Shown here: positions 47,401 through 60,367 of the stretch, piece after piece
How positions within the stretch are numbered: position 1 is the first letter of the stretch
How the letters are laid out: each line of letters opens with the position of its first letter
Assembly: GCA_905178155.1 (NCBI GenBank)
Contig: CAJINV010000009.1
Span: 1,961,373 to 2,025,372 of the forward strand
DNA length: 64,000 nt
Direction: 5' to 3'
DNA from: Amoebophrya sp. A120
Lineage: Eukaryota > Protista > Dinoflagellata
The notes under the pieces: generated by a model
What the model was told of the DNA's origin: nothing
Databases searched by the model: none
What the model saw: only the letters and a program-made list of their open reading frames with translations
Program-made: the position numbers and the translations under genes

Positions 47401-50400
47401 GCGGCGCCAGCGCATCCGCACCTTGCGGTCCTCCTCGTTCTTCGGGTTCTGCACCCGAAACTGGAGCTCCGTCACGTTTGCCGCCCAGTGGCCCTGGACT
47501 TGGGGCTTATTCTTGTCGTTTTTCATCTTCTTGTCGTTTCCCCTGAGTCGGTCGGCGCGGCTGTATTTGCCGCCAGACTTCGAACCCGTCGTGGACAGCG
47601 TGGACACCAACGCCGTGGAGGCGGTTTGCTTCCTGAGTTCCTCCAAATCCGGGGACTCGAGGACGAAGAAGTTTTCGCGGTCGTCCAGGCTCTGCGCGTA
47701 CCGGGGCACGTTGACCCGATCCGGATCCTTCTCGAGGATCGACATCTTCTCGTTGTTCACAGAGATCAAACCAGATTTCACGGCCAGAACCATTTCGGTC
47801 GTGGTGCGGACGATTTTCGGGCCCTTTTCCTTCTCCGGTTGGAGTTCTACTGCTGATGCGCCGCCAAAGGTCGACGTCGTGTCATCCTCAATGGTCTCTC
47901 GTTTCACATCCACCTCCGCGTTTGCCGCGACCTGCCGCAGGTCGAAACTGAATTCCTCCCCGTCGTCCTTTTCGTTGTCCCCGCCCTTGTCCGGGACGAA
48001 GACGAGGTACTTGTTCCCCGTGATCGAATCCTCCGCTTTCTGCAAGGAGCCGATTTCCCACGTCCACTTGCCGTCGAAGTCCTTGCAGACGTCGATTTTC
48101 GTCCAGACGATTTTCTCCAGGTCCGTGAAAATCGAGTGTTTCATGAATCGGCACATCTTCGGTGCCTGGAACTGTGCCGAATTGCGCCAAACCAATTTTG
48201 GCATGGCCTGCGGTTTCTCCGGCTCTCCGGGCTTGTTCCCTTTGCTGCCCCCGACGACTGCTGCGACGGTGGAGGATCTGTTCAGGTTCGGGGTGGTTTT
48301 CATTTTCTGGAATTGTCCCGTCCTGGCACCCCCACCACCACCGCGATTCATGATTTTCCGCAAGTCGTCCGACTCCGCAACGTCGAGCGCGAATCGCGTC
48401 CAGTCGGGCGTGTCGAAGTAGTACTCCTTCGGCTTCGGATCTTCGGGCTCCTTTCCCGTGCCCGGGCGCCGAACGCAGAACTCGTCGCTCAGCGCGTGCA
48501 TGGACAAATCGAACAAGTCCATGGGAACCACCTTCCGCAGGCTGTTCATGTGGAAAATGCCGTTTTGCACGGTGATCACCGCCTCCGGGACTTTGAAGTT
48601 CATGCGCATTTGCTCAATCGTCTCCTTCAGCTCTTGTGCTTCCTGTGCTTGCTTGTTCACGAACAGCTTCGGTTTGTCCGCCGTCAGGCTTTTCTCCTGC
48701 TCCACCTTCTGCTGACGATTCGCGGAGAACGCGTGCTTCTGCGAAGCCGGCTGCTGGTCTTGCTTCTGCTCCTCTGCAGTTGTTTTTTCGCCCTCGTCGC
48801 CTCTCGGGGAACCGGTTTGCTCTAAGTCGGACAGCTGTTTCGTCCCTCGTACCAACGCGCAGGTCCACAGCCCGTCGAAAACGTTTACCACGTATCGTCT
48901 TTCCAGCAGAACCCGACCGTAACTGCACATGGCGTCGTCGAAGAACTTGCTCGTCAAAGTGAAGTTCAACCGGTGCAATTTCTGTACGGCACTGGGGTCG
49001 AGCTCCCACTGCTTCAGCTCGAATTTCTGCTCCTTTTTGGCCGTCGTCTCCGTCCCGTCTTCGTGCTTCACCGTAACGCTTGTCATTTGCTTCGGGAAGG
49101 CCTGCTTTGCGGGGTCGAGCTCAAACGTCATCCCCTCGCTCGGGTTGAACCAGGGAAATTTCGCGGACCCCGGGGTCGCCGCGTTGCCCGTCCCGCCGAG
49201 AAAGCGGTTCCGCAGCGGCAAAGCCACGCGCGTTTTGGAAAATTTGATGTGTTCTTTTTTCGAGTCTTCCTTTTTGGTTGTATCAAGCTGCATGTCGTCC
49301 TTTGCGATCGAGATTAGGGAGTTCGTGGTGCCGAAACCGCCTCCCGGACCGAAAACGCTTGGCATCTTGCACACCCCGTGCTCGATCTTGAGGGAACAGA
49401 GGATCCGGTCTCCGGAATTCACCTCCACTTTCATCACGTACCGTCCGTCAAGGAACGATGGCGTGAGTTCGAAAATCGCCCGCATCTCGCACTTCTTCGA
49501 TTCACTGAGCCAGTTTAGCGGGAGGCCCATCTGCCTCGTTTTTTCCACCAGCTGCGACTTCAGCGGCTGCTCCGTGTCGTAGCCAGACGCATCGAAAACA
49601 AAGGAAGACATCTCGTTGCTGTTGGGGTTCGCACCCGGGACAGAAAAATGGTAAGACCCATAGAGATCCCCAGGTCGCTGGATCGAGGAGTTCTTCTTGT
49701 TCTTCTGCGCACTACTAGTGCCAGAAGTTGCACCTGCACTGCCGCTTGTTCCACCGCTGCTCATCTGCGTCACGTCCCCGTAGTCTTTCCCAAACAGAAT
49801 TTCGTGCAGGCTCATGCTGGCTTCCTCGGCAGATAACGTGGCGATGTCCTCCCTCTGTGCGAGAATCAGCTCGCCCTCTTCAATCGAACAGCGAATCTCC
49901 ACCAGCGGTGGCGGCGGCTGCAGCGCGACCGTGTTCGCTCGGGCAAGTTGCGCTTTATTCCCGGCGCCGCCCCCGCGGGGGGAATGGCCGTTGTTTTTCC
50001 TGTTTCCGTTTGGAGATGCGGGAAGAACCTGTATGACGTTTTTCTGCTCCATCGCCTTCTCATACTCCTCGACAAGGTCCAAGTCGAAGAACCGGAGCAA
50101 CCACCGTCCGTCAAAGTGCCCCACGTGAAACCTGCGGTCCCAGAAGATCCGGGCGGACAGGAGCATTCGCTGCAGCTGGTTCTGCTGGGAGAAAAAGCTC
50201 GCGGAAGAGGCCAAGGTATCTCCGACGCCGACGATGGGCCGCAACGATTTGTAAATCCAGGGGATGACGACCGACGACTCCCGCTCGCGCAACTGCGCTG
50301 ACAAAACGGAGATCGAAACGTCCTCGGGAAGCATGAGAGCACCGTGGTTCCATTCGGGAATGATAAAGTGGAAGTTGGGGAGATTGTTCGCCCCGGGCGG

Positions 50401-53400
50401 AAAGAACCGGACGCCCTTCATGGTCGGCTGGTAGGGAAAGTGCAGGTCGAGGTTTCCAAGTTTGTCCACATTCACCTGCAAGTTCAGCGCCTCCCCGGTG
50501 CTCGCTTGTCTGGTCTGATCGTGCTCGAAGAGCAGCTTGTCCTCGGACTGCGTGTCCTATCCTGTGCAAAAGTATCGTACTCGTACTCATTGCAAATATG
50601 CTTTTCCGAGGGGAAAACAGCATTACAAATTCCACTTCCCTTCTTGCCAAAATTTGTGATGCAATTTATACTAGTTCTAGTACGATGCTTTTGCAATGCA
50701 TATGTCCGTAGTGGCGTTGATTCCACCCTCCCCGGTGGTGGTACTGTTCAGGTCTTGATCTTCCTCCCCGTCATTCAGGTCGGGAAAAGGCATCATGTAT
50801 TTCTCGTCCTTCATCGACATCGCTTCGATTTCCGCATCCAGCATCTGCAGTTGCTTCTCCTGCCGCTTCGTGTTCACCACCCGCTCCTCCTGGGCGAAAA
50901 CCTTCATCACGAAGTGACCCTTCAACTGCGTCAGTAGTTCCTTCGACTCCGGCGAGTGCGCGGCCACGTTTTCGACCACGTTCTCGTGCACGTCGTGGAT
51001 TTTGGAAAACACCGCGGAAATGTTGGCGTTTTCCGGGTGCTGAAACCGCAGCTCGCCGAAATCCTCCACCTGCAAGACGCATTTCGTCGTGTCGTCGTTG
51101 GGAACGAAGTGAAAAAACACCGGCTGGATTTTCTCGTTCATCTTCATAGCTTTCGTCTGCTCCAGATCCGTCACCCCCGGCGGGCGCGGTCGTGGCGTCA
51201 GATTCGGCGTCACGTCGTTCGGATTTAGATTTTCATTCTGCGGAAGGTTGGAGATCGTTGGCTCTGGCTTCTCCTCCTCAAAAGCGGACTTCACTGAGGT
51301 CACGTTCCCCGTGTCGGGGTTGACGAAGAGCAGGGTGAACATACCGTTTTTCACCACCACCTCCCCGCTGGAATCCAGCGAGTCCTGCTCTAGTTGGCAA
51401 CTGAAGTTGTACTTGCCGTCGTATTTCGTGAAGGGAACTTGCTTCTCCAGGAGGAAGGAAAAAGCCCCGTCAAACCATTCCTCCTCGACCGTTTCGCGAT
51501 CTAGTTCGAAACGGAATTGCGGAAGTTTCGTTTGCGGATGTTGAGCCTGCTTATTTTGTTGGGCCTGCTGTTCCTCCGCATCTTCGTCCATGATCTGCAA
51601 CCCTTCATAGGTATCGTCAAGGCTCTGGTAGTACCGTGCGGGTTCTCCGCGATCGCCGAAGTGGGTGACTGGTGCCTCCAAGTCGAAAAAGATGTCCGCA
51701 TTTGCGGGGATTTGCTTCATTCGGATCGCGTCGTTCGCGGCCTTCGCGCTCGTCCCAGTCGCGGAGCCCGGGCGGAGCGAGAGCTGCAACGTCTGAATGA
51801 CATCCGGCGATGCGATCTCCGCGGGGAACGTGAATTCCCCGTGCTCCACGTGAACGCGGAACTTCGTCGGGGCTTTGCTGTTGTCGTTCACGATGGGCTT
51901 GTCTAACCGGTCGAGCGCGGTGACAAGGTAGACCCCGTCAAACTGCGTCACGTCAAACCGTTTCTCCAACAGAATCCCCTCGGGGCCGCAGAACATGTCC
52001 CGCTTGTACTGATACGGGTCCCATTGAAATGGGATAAACCGTAGTTTTGTATTCGCGGGAATCTCTTTTAGCTGCTCCTTTTTCGTCTGTTTCGCCTTTT
52101 CCTCCAACTCTGCGGCAGTCTGCTTCCTTGCGACATTCGCCCGGCTCCGAGGGCTTTTTCCTTTTTTCTTCTTGCCATCGGTTTCCTTCTCCGTTTGGTC
52201 TTCCGCTGAGGGGCTTATCCCCATCAGTTTATCCAGCTCCGAATCGTCCTCCAGCCTGACGATCGGTCGGTCGCCGGTTTCCTCCAGAAATTGCTTGCAC
52301 CAGGGCAGCTTCATGTGCAAGTGCGGACACACGGAATCTGGCTCACATATTTCTAATTCCATCAACTGATCACTGTGGTCTCCTGCTTCCTGCTTGTTGT
52401 TCGTCGGCGCCCCGCCCTTTTCCCCCGCTCCTGGCAGGTAACTTCCACCAGTCAACCGGAATTTCAGCACTCTCCCGAGGTCCGCGAGCGCCGGCGCTAA
52501 GTTCTTCTGCCCCGTCGTGCTAACCGCTGACGCGGCGAGGTTGACGCTGTCTGCGTGCTGGTACAACGTCCAGGGGCCGTCGAAGAGCGTGAACGGGTGC
52601 TCGGCTTTCCGTTTTCTCTCCTGCCTATCGACCGCGGTGGAGATGCCCAGGTAGCTTCTTCGCCTGCTCGCGGACAGAAACTCCTGATTGAAGCCGTCCA
52701 TGGGGTACATCCAGAAATCGTCGTCCAAGTTCTGGAACCACAGCGTCGGTGGAGCGGGCTCCGAGCTTTGCTCCGCAAATTCCGACCGCACCGGGACAAA
52801 GGGGCCCAGCATGTTCGCGCGCGACCCGTCGTTCTGCTCCAAGTCCAGCCGCCAGCAGAAGTGGAACTGCGGGTACACGGATTTGAAGTGCAGGAAAGGG
52901 ATCACGTCGTTCGGCAAGCACATCTGGAATCGCTCCTTCGGGAGCGGCTCCGCGGCAAACTGGTTTTCCTGGAGGTTAAACGTGAAATCTTTCGTGATGG
53001 TGATGTCCCACGAGTTCAGCGCATCAATCGCGCCGGTCGTCGTGCTTTGGTCATCAAACCTCACCGCTCCTTGGCTCGTTTCGTCGTTGCTGTTGGAACC
53101 ATTTCTGTCACTAATCGGTTCCCTGGTTGCGCTCGCGGGCGACTCGAACCCGCCCGTACTTCCCGGCTCGAATAAATCCCGCACCACCCAGTTGCCCACC
53201 ATGACGCCCAAATCCGCCTTCTTTAGCAACGCGTGCTCGTTCTTGAGCGTGGTGGCCAGCGCGAACGGGTTGCAGCGGCTGTCGTTCGGAAAATTGCGGT
53301 AGCCGTCCGTCTGGTGGATCGGGATGGTCAAGAAGGGCACCTCGATAAAATCCAGGTGGTCCGCCGGCTGGTTCGGCCACCCGACCGGGGTGACGTTGTG

Positions 53401-53958
53401 CGTTTTCGTGTTGTACCAGTAACCGGACTTGGCGTTTGGGTACAGCTGTTTCATCTGCTGCAGGGTCTTGCAAGACTTCGGATCTTGTTTGTACTTCTGC
53501 ACCATTGGATTCAGAGGCGGTTGCTCTTTATTGCCGTTTTTATTTGCATTCCCATTGCTACCCCCTCCGGCTCCTGCTGATATCCTACTTACCTGCCCCT
53601 GTCCCAATTCGTGCCCGTAGCAGGGCACAAAAACCCAACGGTTCTGCTCGAAAGACTTCTTTGCGGCGAACTCGATCAGTGCGCTCTGCAGCTTTTTTGG
53701 TTTCGAACAGGACTCCAGCAAACCCTGCATGTGATCGTGAAACTCGTCCAGGTCGATCTTGGAATCGGAGCCCGCGGACTCCCGAAAGATCTCATCCAGC
53801 TCGTTGGGCGACAAAAAAGACCCGATCGCCTGGGCGAGGTACCGGAGCACCGGGCCGCACTCGTCGATGGAAAGCGTACCGTCCTGAGAAACATCGAGCA
53901 GATAGAAGACCGTCGTGATCAGGTCCTCCATCTCCTCGTAGGCAGTCTTCGCCGGCAT
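41492..53958 (-). CDS. Giant (~3,970 codons) protein with N-terminal EF-hands and ~11 FDGxW/Y repeats, interrupted by three introners
   Basis: Exons 53958-50703, 50552-44424, 44139-44068 and 43947-41492 sum to 11,913 nt, divisible by 3. Junctions read TTD-TQS, TDR-NPS and GFG-LNG. EF-hands are DVSQDGTLSIDE and DSKIDLDEF. Confidence 0.85.
43953..44067. mobile_element. 115-bp TAT...ATA introner
   Basis: TIRs TATCCACAGAAAAAGACCCATCCACATCCA and TGGATGTGGATGGGTGTTTTTTCCTGGATA; TSD AGCCG. Confidence 0.92.
44145..44423. mobile_element. 279-bp TAT...ATA introner with perfect 24-bp TIR
   Basis: TATCCTATGTAAAAACGTCCCCAC and GTGGGGACGTTTTTACATAGGATA; TSD TCCTG. Confidence 0.95.
50558..50702. mobile_element. 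145-bp TAT...ATA introner
   Basis: TATCCTGTGCAAAAGTATCGTACT and AGTACGATGCTTTTGCAATGCATA; TSD TGTCC. Confidence 0.95.
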
Positions 53959-56085
53959 TTTATTGCTCGTTGTTCAGGGTCGTCTATAATGACAAAGACC
54001 TAGTAAAAACGAACTCTAGATCGATGAATGATCTAGGCTATAGGCTTTAGCTGCACCCACACCGCACCAGGTGGGCTTACTTAAAAAGCCGCGCCCGCAT
54101 AGAGCGGGCCTTGTTCTACATAAAGACAAATCGCGGAGGTCACAGTATCAACAACATGGCGAGGGCTATTGCATGATGCGCACGAGGTAAAATGACAGGT
54201 AAGCATCATTTTAACTACTTCACACTTGATAACGAAAAATCTTCTGGGGCTTGAGTGGCTAGCGTGGGTGGGTCGTAGTATTTTTCGTACTAACAATTTA
54301 ATATCCTTCAGGTAACTTAGCTCGCTGTATGAATACGAAAAAAAAATGATGGGCCGATCGGGAGAGTGCCCCTCGTATTTGGCGAAAAAACACAAGAAAA
54401 AACCAAACCAACGACGAACGATTGAAGGCACTTGCGACGGTCCCTTTTCACCCTGTACGACAAAGGGCGTGCCGGGGGTTGAAAGATGATGATGATGATG
54501 ATGAACGACAGGTACAGTGAGCGTGTTGTGAAGAAACAGGACGACAAAGGACGACACATTACGCAACACATGCGAAATGAAAAAGTATCGATACGGACGG
54601 TTTTTTTCGATTGCAAAGATGACTCTAGTAGGTACCACAAGCACACCGAGGGTTCTTCAAATGCAAGATACAAGATCGATCCCAGCACAAACGCGACTAC
54701 AACTACAAGCATAGGGTGCAGCTGCGCGGCCGTGGAAATAACGAATTGCTGCATCATGATGATTTACAACTTGAACTTGTTCGTTGCAGTTCAAGTAAGT
54801 TTATATTTTTGTCTTGTTTCTCTTTCTACGCACGAGCGACGGCGTTCTTGTCGATGCCTACGGACTACACAAACGACAGGACGACCACAAATGAAGGAAG
54901 CAAAATACCACCAGTACGACATGACACTGAGCCACGTGGTCCATGTTGCATTCACATGTTTCTCTCCGCGAGGTGCAAGTGGAAGATGACCACTGCCAGA
55001 AGCTAGTGTGGATTCGTGTTCGTTGACGCTTTTGCGCCGATAGCGATAGTTCCACAGAGGGATAAGTTGGTTTGCATAGAGCTGAGGCTGCGTACGTACG
55101 CAATGCTAGTGTAATATTCTGGTGCATCAAAATGCAAATAATCTTAAGGATAAATTCTTACATGTTATTCAAGCATTCAACAACATTTACATTCGTTATA
55201 AATCGCAATGCAATTATGGTGCACGTGCAACAACATCACATGATCATGATCTCACTTAGTACAGTGGTTTTACAGAGGGCAGGGGCTAACACATGCACCG
55301 CCGACTTCAACGTCAACCACGTCAAAATCATCGAGCAAGCGATAAAAGCCCATATCTATATACAAATTGTGTCATATCGTCATTGAGAAATCAAGTTACA
55401 GGGCAGGGCAATCATTAATTGGGTAAATTTGGACAATCGCTCAGTTGATTCTAGGAATTTTATTTTTTTGATTTTTTTTCCTCGCTGAGACCCAAAGACG
55501 CCGCTGAGCTCGAAGAGGCTAAATGAAGTTCGAGTTTCATTTTTACAATAGGTTCTTGACTTCAAAAATAGTCTTTACGATTGCACATGGTGCAGTTGTA
55601 AAAAAATGTAGTGTACGAGGGAGTATGTAGTGTAGGTATCAGCAATAAAAAAGTTGTTCATCTCCATGTCCACTGCTCATGGGAGACATCTTCCTGGCGT
55701 TACGCCGGTATAAGCTTCGAGACAAATAAAAGTACACTGTTGTGACAGGGATGACATCTAGCTCGGAGAAGTGAGAGAAGTGACACTCGTGCAACAGAAA
55801 TCGCATTGACACGACTGAGCGCAGTATCTTAGCGGGAGTGAAAAGCTCGTCGGCGTCGGGTCTGCTGCTTCATTGGTTTTGCCTCTTCTTCTCCTGCTGC
55901 TGTTGTGCCTGAGAATTTGTCTCTTCAAAAATCATCCCACAACTCAGACATGGGAGTCTCTTCAGTCGTCTATGAGGCGAGCGCTTGGACGACTAGCAGC
56001 GAGGACATGATTTTGTTTTTGATGATACTTCTTATATGTTAATTTTCTTCCTGCTTTGACTTATAATTTTCGCTAGCTGTCATGG

Positions 56086-59000
56086 CTATGTATTGATTTG
56101 CAGGCATCGAAGACCGTCAAGCACCGCAGCGATGCCGATGGATTCGTCACAGCCACCGGCTTGTTCTCCTACAGTTTCACCGTCTTTCTCCGACGAGGAG
56201 TGTCGTCCTGCAGCTTTCTGCCCCGCACGCACCACTCGCGTCAGATACAGCAAGGCCTCATCAAGCGGTCCTGCTTTCGGGGTGTCCCTGCCATCGATCA
56301 TCTGCGAAAGCGTGAGCGGACTCATCGGGTCGGGTGACCGCGCGCGTGCGTCGCAAAAATGTTCCCAAGATGAAAACACGGGAAACCGGTCAGACTCTTC
56401 CTCGTCGATCTGCATCTGCTCCTGGTCTTCATCACAATTCTTCGCCTCGTCGCGCCCCCGCGAGGAGCCAGCCGCCACGTGGTTCATCTCCGCGTTCGTA
56501 AAAGAACCCGTGTCGACGTCTTGTTCCAGACACAAGTCCCGATGCTGTGACCGTTTGCCGCCCAGGTCGCTTTCCACCGCCGTTCCACCAAGGCAAAGCA
56601 TGCCAAGAAGTTCGCGACCAAATTCTCTGCTGGGCATCATGTTCCACAACGAGGAGACCATGCACGAGTCGTGACTTTCAGTTTCGTTTCCAGAATACTC
56701 TCCAGCACGTGCCGGCGAACATTCGTCCTTCATCGTGTGAGCTTGTTGTTGTTTTATTATCTCCAGTTTTCTCATTATCATTTGCTGCAGAATGTTTGCC
56801 TGGAGAAACTCCACTTTCCGCTTCTCCAGCACCTGCCTCACGTACACCTGGTTGCAGTCGTGTCTCCGCAAGAGTGCCCGTTCGTGCAGCTGCTTCCACT
56901 CTTTGTCTATCTGCTCCGCAGTCCAGCGTCTGCCCTCGTCCAGTTCGCACAAGTCACATGGCAGTTGCAGCCCCCGTCTCGCGATGCACAATAAAGGGAG
57001 GTCTACTCTGGCGTAAAACTCCTCGCACATCACCTGTCTATCCCGCAGGAGCTCGGCGAAAACGGGTGCAGAGTCAAGGCGGCGACGCGCGTGTTCCACC
57101 AGGTCGCGGAACAAAACGCGACCAAGCACCAGGCGGCGGTGTTGATGGGCGGGGAGTTTCGGCTGCAACACCTCTTGCGCTATGCTGTGCAAAAGTATCG
57201 CACTCGTACTAATTGCAACCATGCATGACAAATCTTGTTTCTTAGCGAAATCAGCATTACAAATTCCATTTTTCCTTCTGGGAAAATTTGTATTGCGATT
57301 CATGCTAGTACGATACTTTTGCAATGCATATGCGCGACGAACTGCTGCTGCTCCACTTTCTCCTCAGCGGTCAACTCCTCGTCGTCCAGAACTTCATTGG
57401 AAAGCCGGCGGCGCAATCCGTCGAATTCCCGCTCGAGATTCACGAAGTACTCTGTCAACAAGCTCGCCACGCGAGCCGAGGCGGGATTTGAAGACCGAAA
57501 TACCAGGTGGCTCTTAGACGTACTTGCACTTCTTTGCGATTGCGACAGCGACTCTTCATCCGTAGAAGAACTACCTTGCTGTTGCTGTACGACAGGAGGA
57601 GGTCGAGAGCCTTCAGCATCCGGCTTCGAAGCAGCACTACTTGTGACTGCAGCACCGCCGCTGCTTGTACCCACGGTGCCCGCGCCGCGTCCTCCTGCTG
57701 TTCTTGTTGACTCAGTGCCTTCACAGGAAGATGTTGAAATCGGCTCCATTATGCCAAAGCCTGCCCTGAAATGATGGAGCTCCAAGGCGTACAGGAGCAA
57801 CTTTTCGACTCTCTCACGATGCATCTGCAACGCGCCCGCGTCATCGCCAAGCAGCGAAAGCTGTCGTTCCTGCTCCTCTTCCGCGAGGAGTGTGTCGCAC
57901 TGCTTCAGAGTGTTTAGCAGGTCCTCGAGAAACGTCGTGCCCACGATTGAGTCTGTTCTCGCGTCAGGACGATACTGCCTCTCCAGGAGTTCGCCCGCGT
58001 TGACCCACCGGTCGTCTTGAAGCAGGTGTTTGTACGCAACGTCGAGTGCCTTGAATTGGTCGCCGATGGGATCGGCATCGGGTTCTGCTGGAGCGTCAAG
58101 TCTATAGCCCGCGTGGCCTTGCGCTTGTGCCTCCATCTCCATCTCCTCCTGGTCAAGGACGTCTTGCTTTTCCGACCGCACCGCAGCCGTCAAGGCAGGG
58201 CTGGTTTGAGCCGATCCGCTACGACTAGTAGCGGGGGAACTTGTTCTGAGCGAAGGAGCGGGGCTGGAGGCGAGTTGCCAGGAAAAGCAAGGCGCCGCAG
58301 ACGAGCTCGAGCAGGAGCTAGAAGACGAGAAAGCACCATCATCTGCAACATTGGAGATCGCGTCTTGGCCGCTTGCCCGCTGGTGCCCGTCCTTCATGAT
58401 CTGGGGTTGTTGTAGTTTTTCGTGTTCCTGTTTCTGCAAATAAAAAGGCGATGCTCGTTGTCGTGCGTCAAGAGGACGTAAGAACGCCGCATTAATCGTC
58501 TCATCTCCGCAATAAACTACATCTTGCACAGCACCAGCACTCCTATGCACTTGCACGTCACGCCCTTCTAGTCCTTCTTTTGCCTTCACAAGAAGGGATG
58601 TTACCGACCGGAGTTTCTTGCTCCCGCGGGCTGGGCTGCTAGCGCTAGGCGTTGTAGACTTCGATGAAGAGGTCGGAGCAACGGTTTCTGCATAGGGCGA
58701 TCCGCCTGATGTCGCTCCGGGCGACAGCACTAGGGAGGCATTGGAGGGAGCATCCTCCTCCCGTGATGCGAAATCCAGAAACTCGGCAATGCCAGCTCCA
58801 CGGTCTACAACTGTTGTATTAAGTGTGACAGGACGAGAAATCTTCGGCTGGCGAAGGATCTCCTCAGTGGGGTCTTCCCCAGTTCCTCGTACTTCTACTT
58901 GTGGAGGTCCCCCTGTGACTCCTTGCGTGGTGGCTTGCTCACTCGATGGAGAGCCCGTACTAGATTGGTGATGTTGATGCTCTGCTATTGTTTTCAAAAA

Positions 59001-59246
59001 AGAAAGCTGCGGTTGTTGTACGCCACGCGCGGCACCAGATATAGAACAAGTAGCGGGCACTAGTAGCAGAAATGGCAGCTTCATGAACGCGAAAATTGGC
59101 CGTGTTCTGCTCCTTGTTCCGGTCATACTGTTTGTTGCGACCGCGCTCTGTCGTCTTCTCGTGCGGACGGGGTTGCTGGAAAACTTCCGGGTAATTCCGG
59201 AGTTTTTCTCATCCGAAGCTGGTGCTGGAAGAGTTACACTGCGCAT
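56086..59246 (-). CDS. Unknown ~1,000-aa probably secreted protein interrupted by one introner
   Basis: ORFs 57300-59246 and 56086-57324 join in frame (QQFVA-QEVLQP) after removing 57181-57330 plus one TSD. Signal-like segment MKLPFLLLVPATCSISG. The 3' end is uncertain. Confidence 0.75.
57181..57330. mobile_element. 150-bp TAT...ATA introner (same family as 50558 and 3121)
   Basis: TATGCTGTGCAAAAGTATCG and CGATACTTTTGCAATGCATA; TSD TGCGC. Confidence 0.95.
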
Positions 59247-60367
59247 TTTGTTCTTGCCAATTGGTTTTTAGTTGCTTTTCTGAGTGAAGGCAAGGTGAGA
59301 CAGGCCCTGCCTGGCGGGGGTACGAGAATGAGAATTAACAATACAACAGGGAAGCGAGAGGTTTGCAACAATCGTGGCGCGACCACATGTAGATGTACTA
59401 ACACGACGGAAGAAAAATTCAAATGGTATTTAGTACTTAATACGACTGATTGCGATTGATCATACACAGGGCTCAAGACATTTGCGTTTGCCACCTTCAA
59501 TTGAAAAAAATAATAAGAAGCAGGGGTACAACTTAATCAAGAAAAATAATCAAACACAAACAGCAGTCAACACCTAAAAAAATCATCAGTTGAAATCCCA
59601 ACAAGATAATTGCAGCAGCAACAACATCATCACGGGGCTGTAAAAATAAATCTCGGAGGGTAGCAGGCAAATAATGACACAAGAGCTTCAAAAAAAATGA
59701 AAAAGCGTGCCTCATATAGTGGCGCGCGAGGAAGTTAAAAGCGTTACAATGAATGAAGAGCAAAACTGCAACTGGGGGAAAGGAAAACTGCAAATCTCTT
59801 AACCCTTAATGATATTACTTTCCTGATTGTGATTCACATTATGAGTCTGATTGGAAGATGAGAAACAAAAATAAAACTATGTATAACTAAATAAAAGATA
59901 AAACGGCATGCGTGCGGCACACTGCGTGCCCGTGGTGCTGGAGTAAGTTCAACACCAGTAGTTGAGAGCGACAGACAGGCAACTCCGGCTGCTGCCGCGA
60001 CTAGAAGTGCCAGCCCCCGCTGTGGCACTTTCTTAATGCGGATTATGTGGCGAATCAATGTTTGAAAGTGCCCGATTTCAGATCTGTAGGCCAAGAAAGA
60101 TACGAGCGTCAATCTATCAGGTAAAGGCACCTGTGTTCTACCAACCGCTCTTTCCTCGAAGATGATCCTCAATGATGTTCTTTAGTCTGGGTGGCTGTAG
60201 CTGTTACACAATCAGGATCTGCTGCTGATTCTGTGCTGGCACCTCCACCTCTTTTCGAAATAGAAGACCTGTGTGAAGTCGTGCCAGCTCCTTCTGGTCT
60301 TAGCAGCTTCCTCGCAGAGGGGAGTTATGGGAGATGAGCGAGGAGTTTCTTGTTCTTTCACTTGCAG

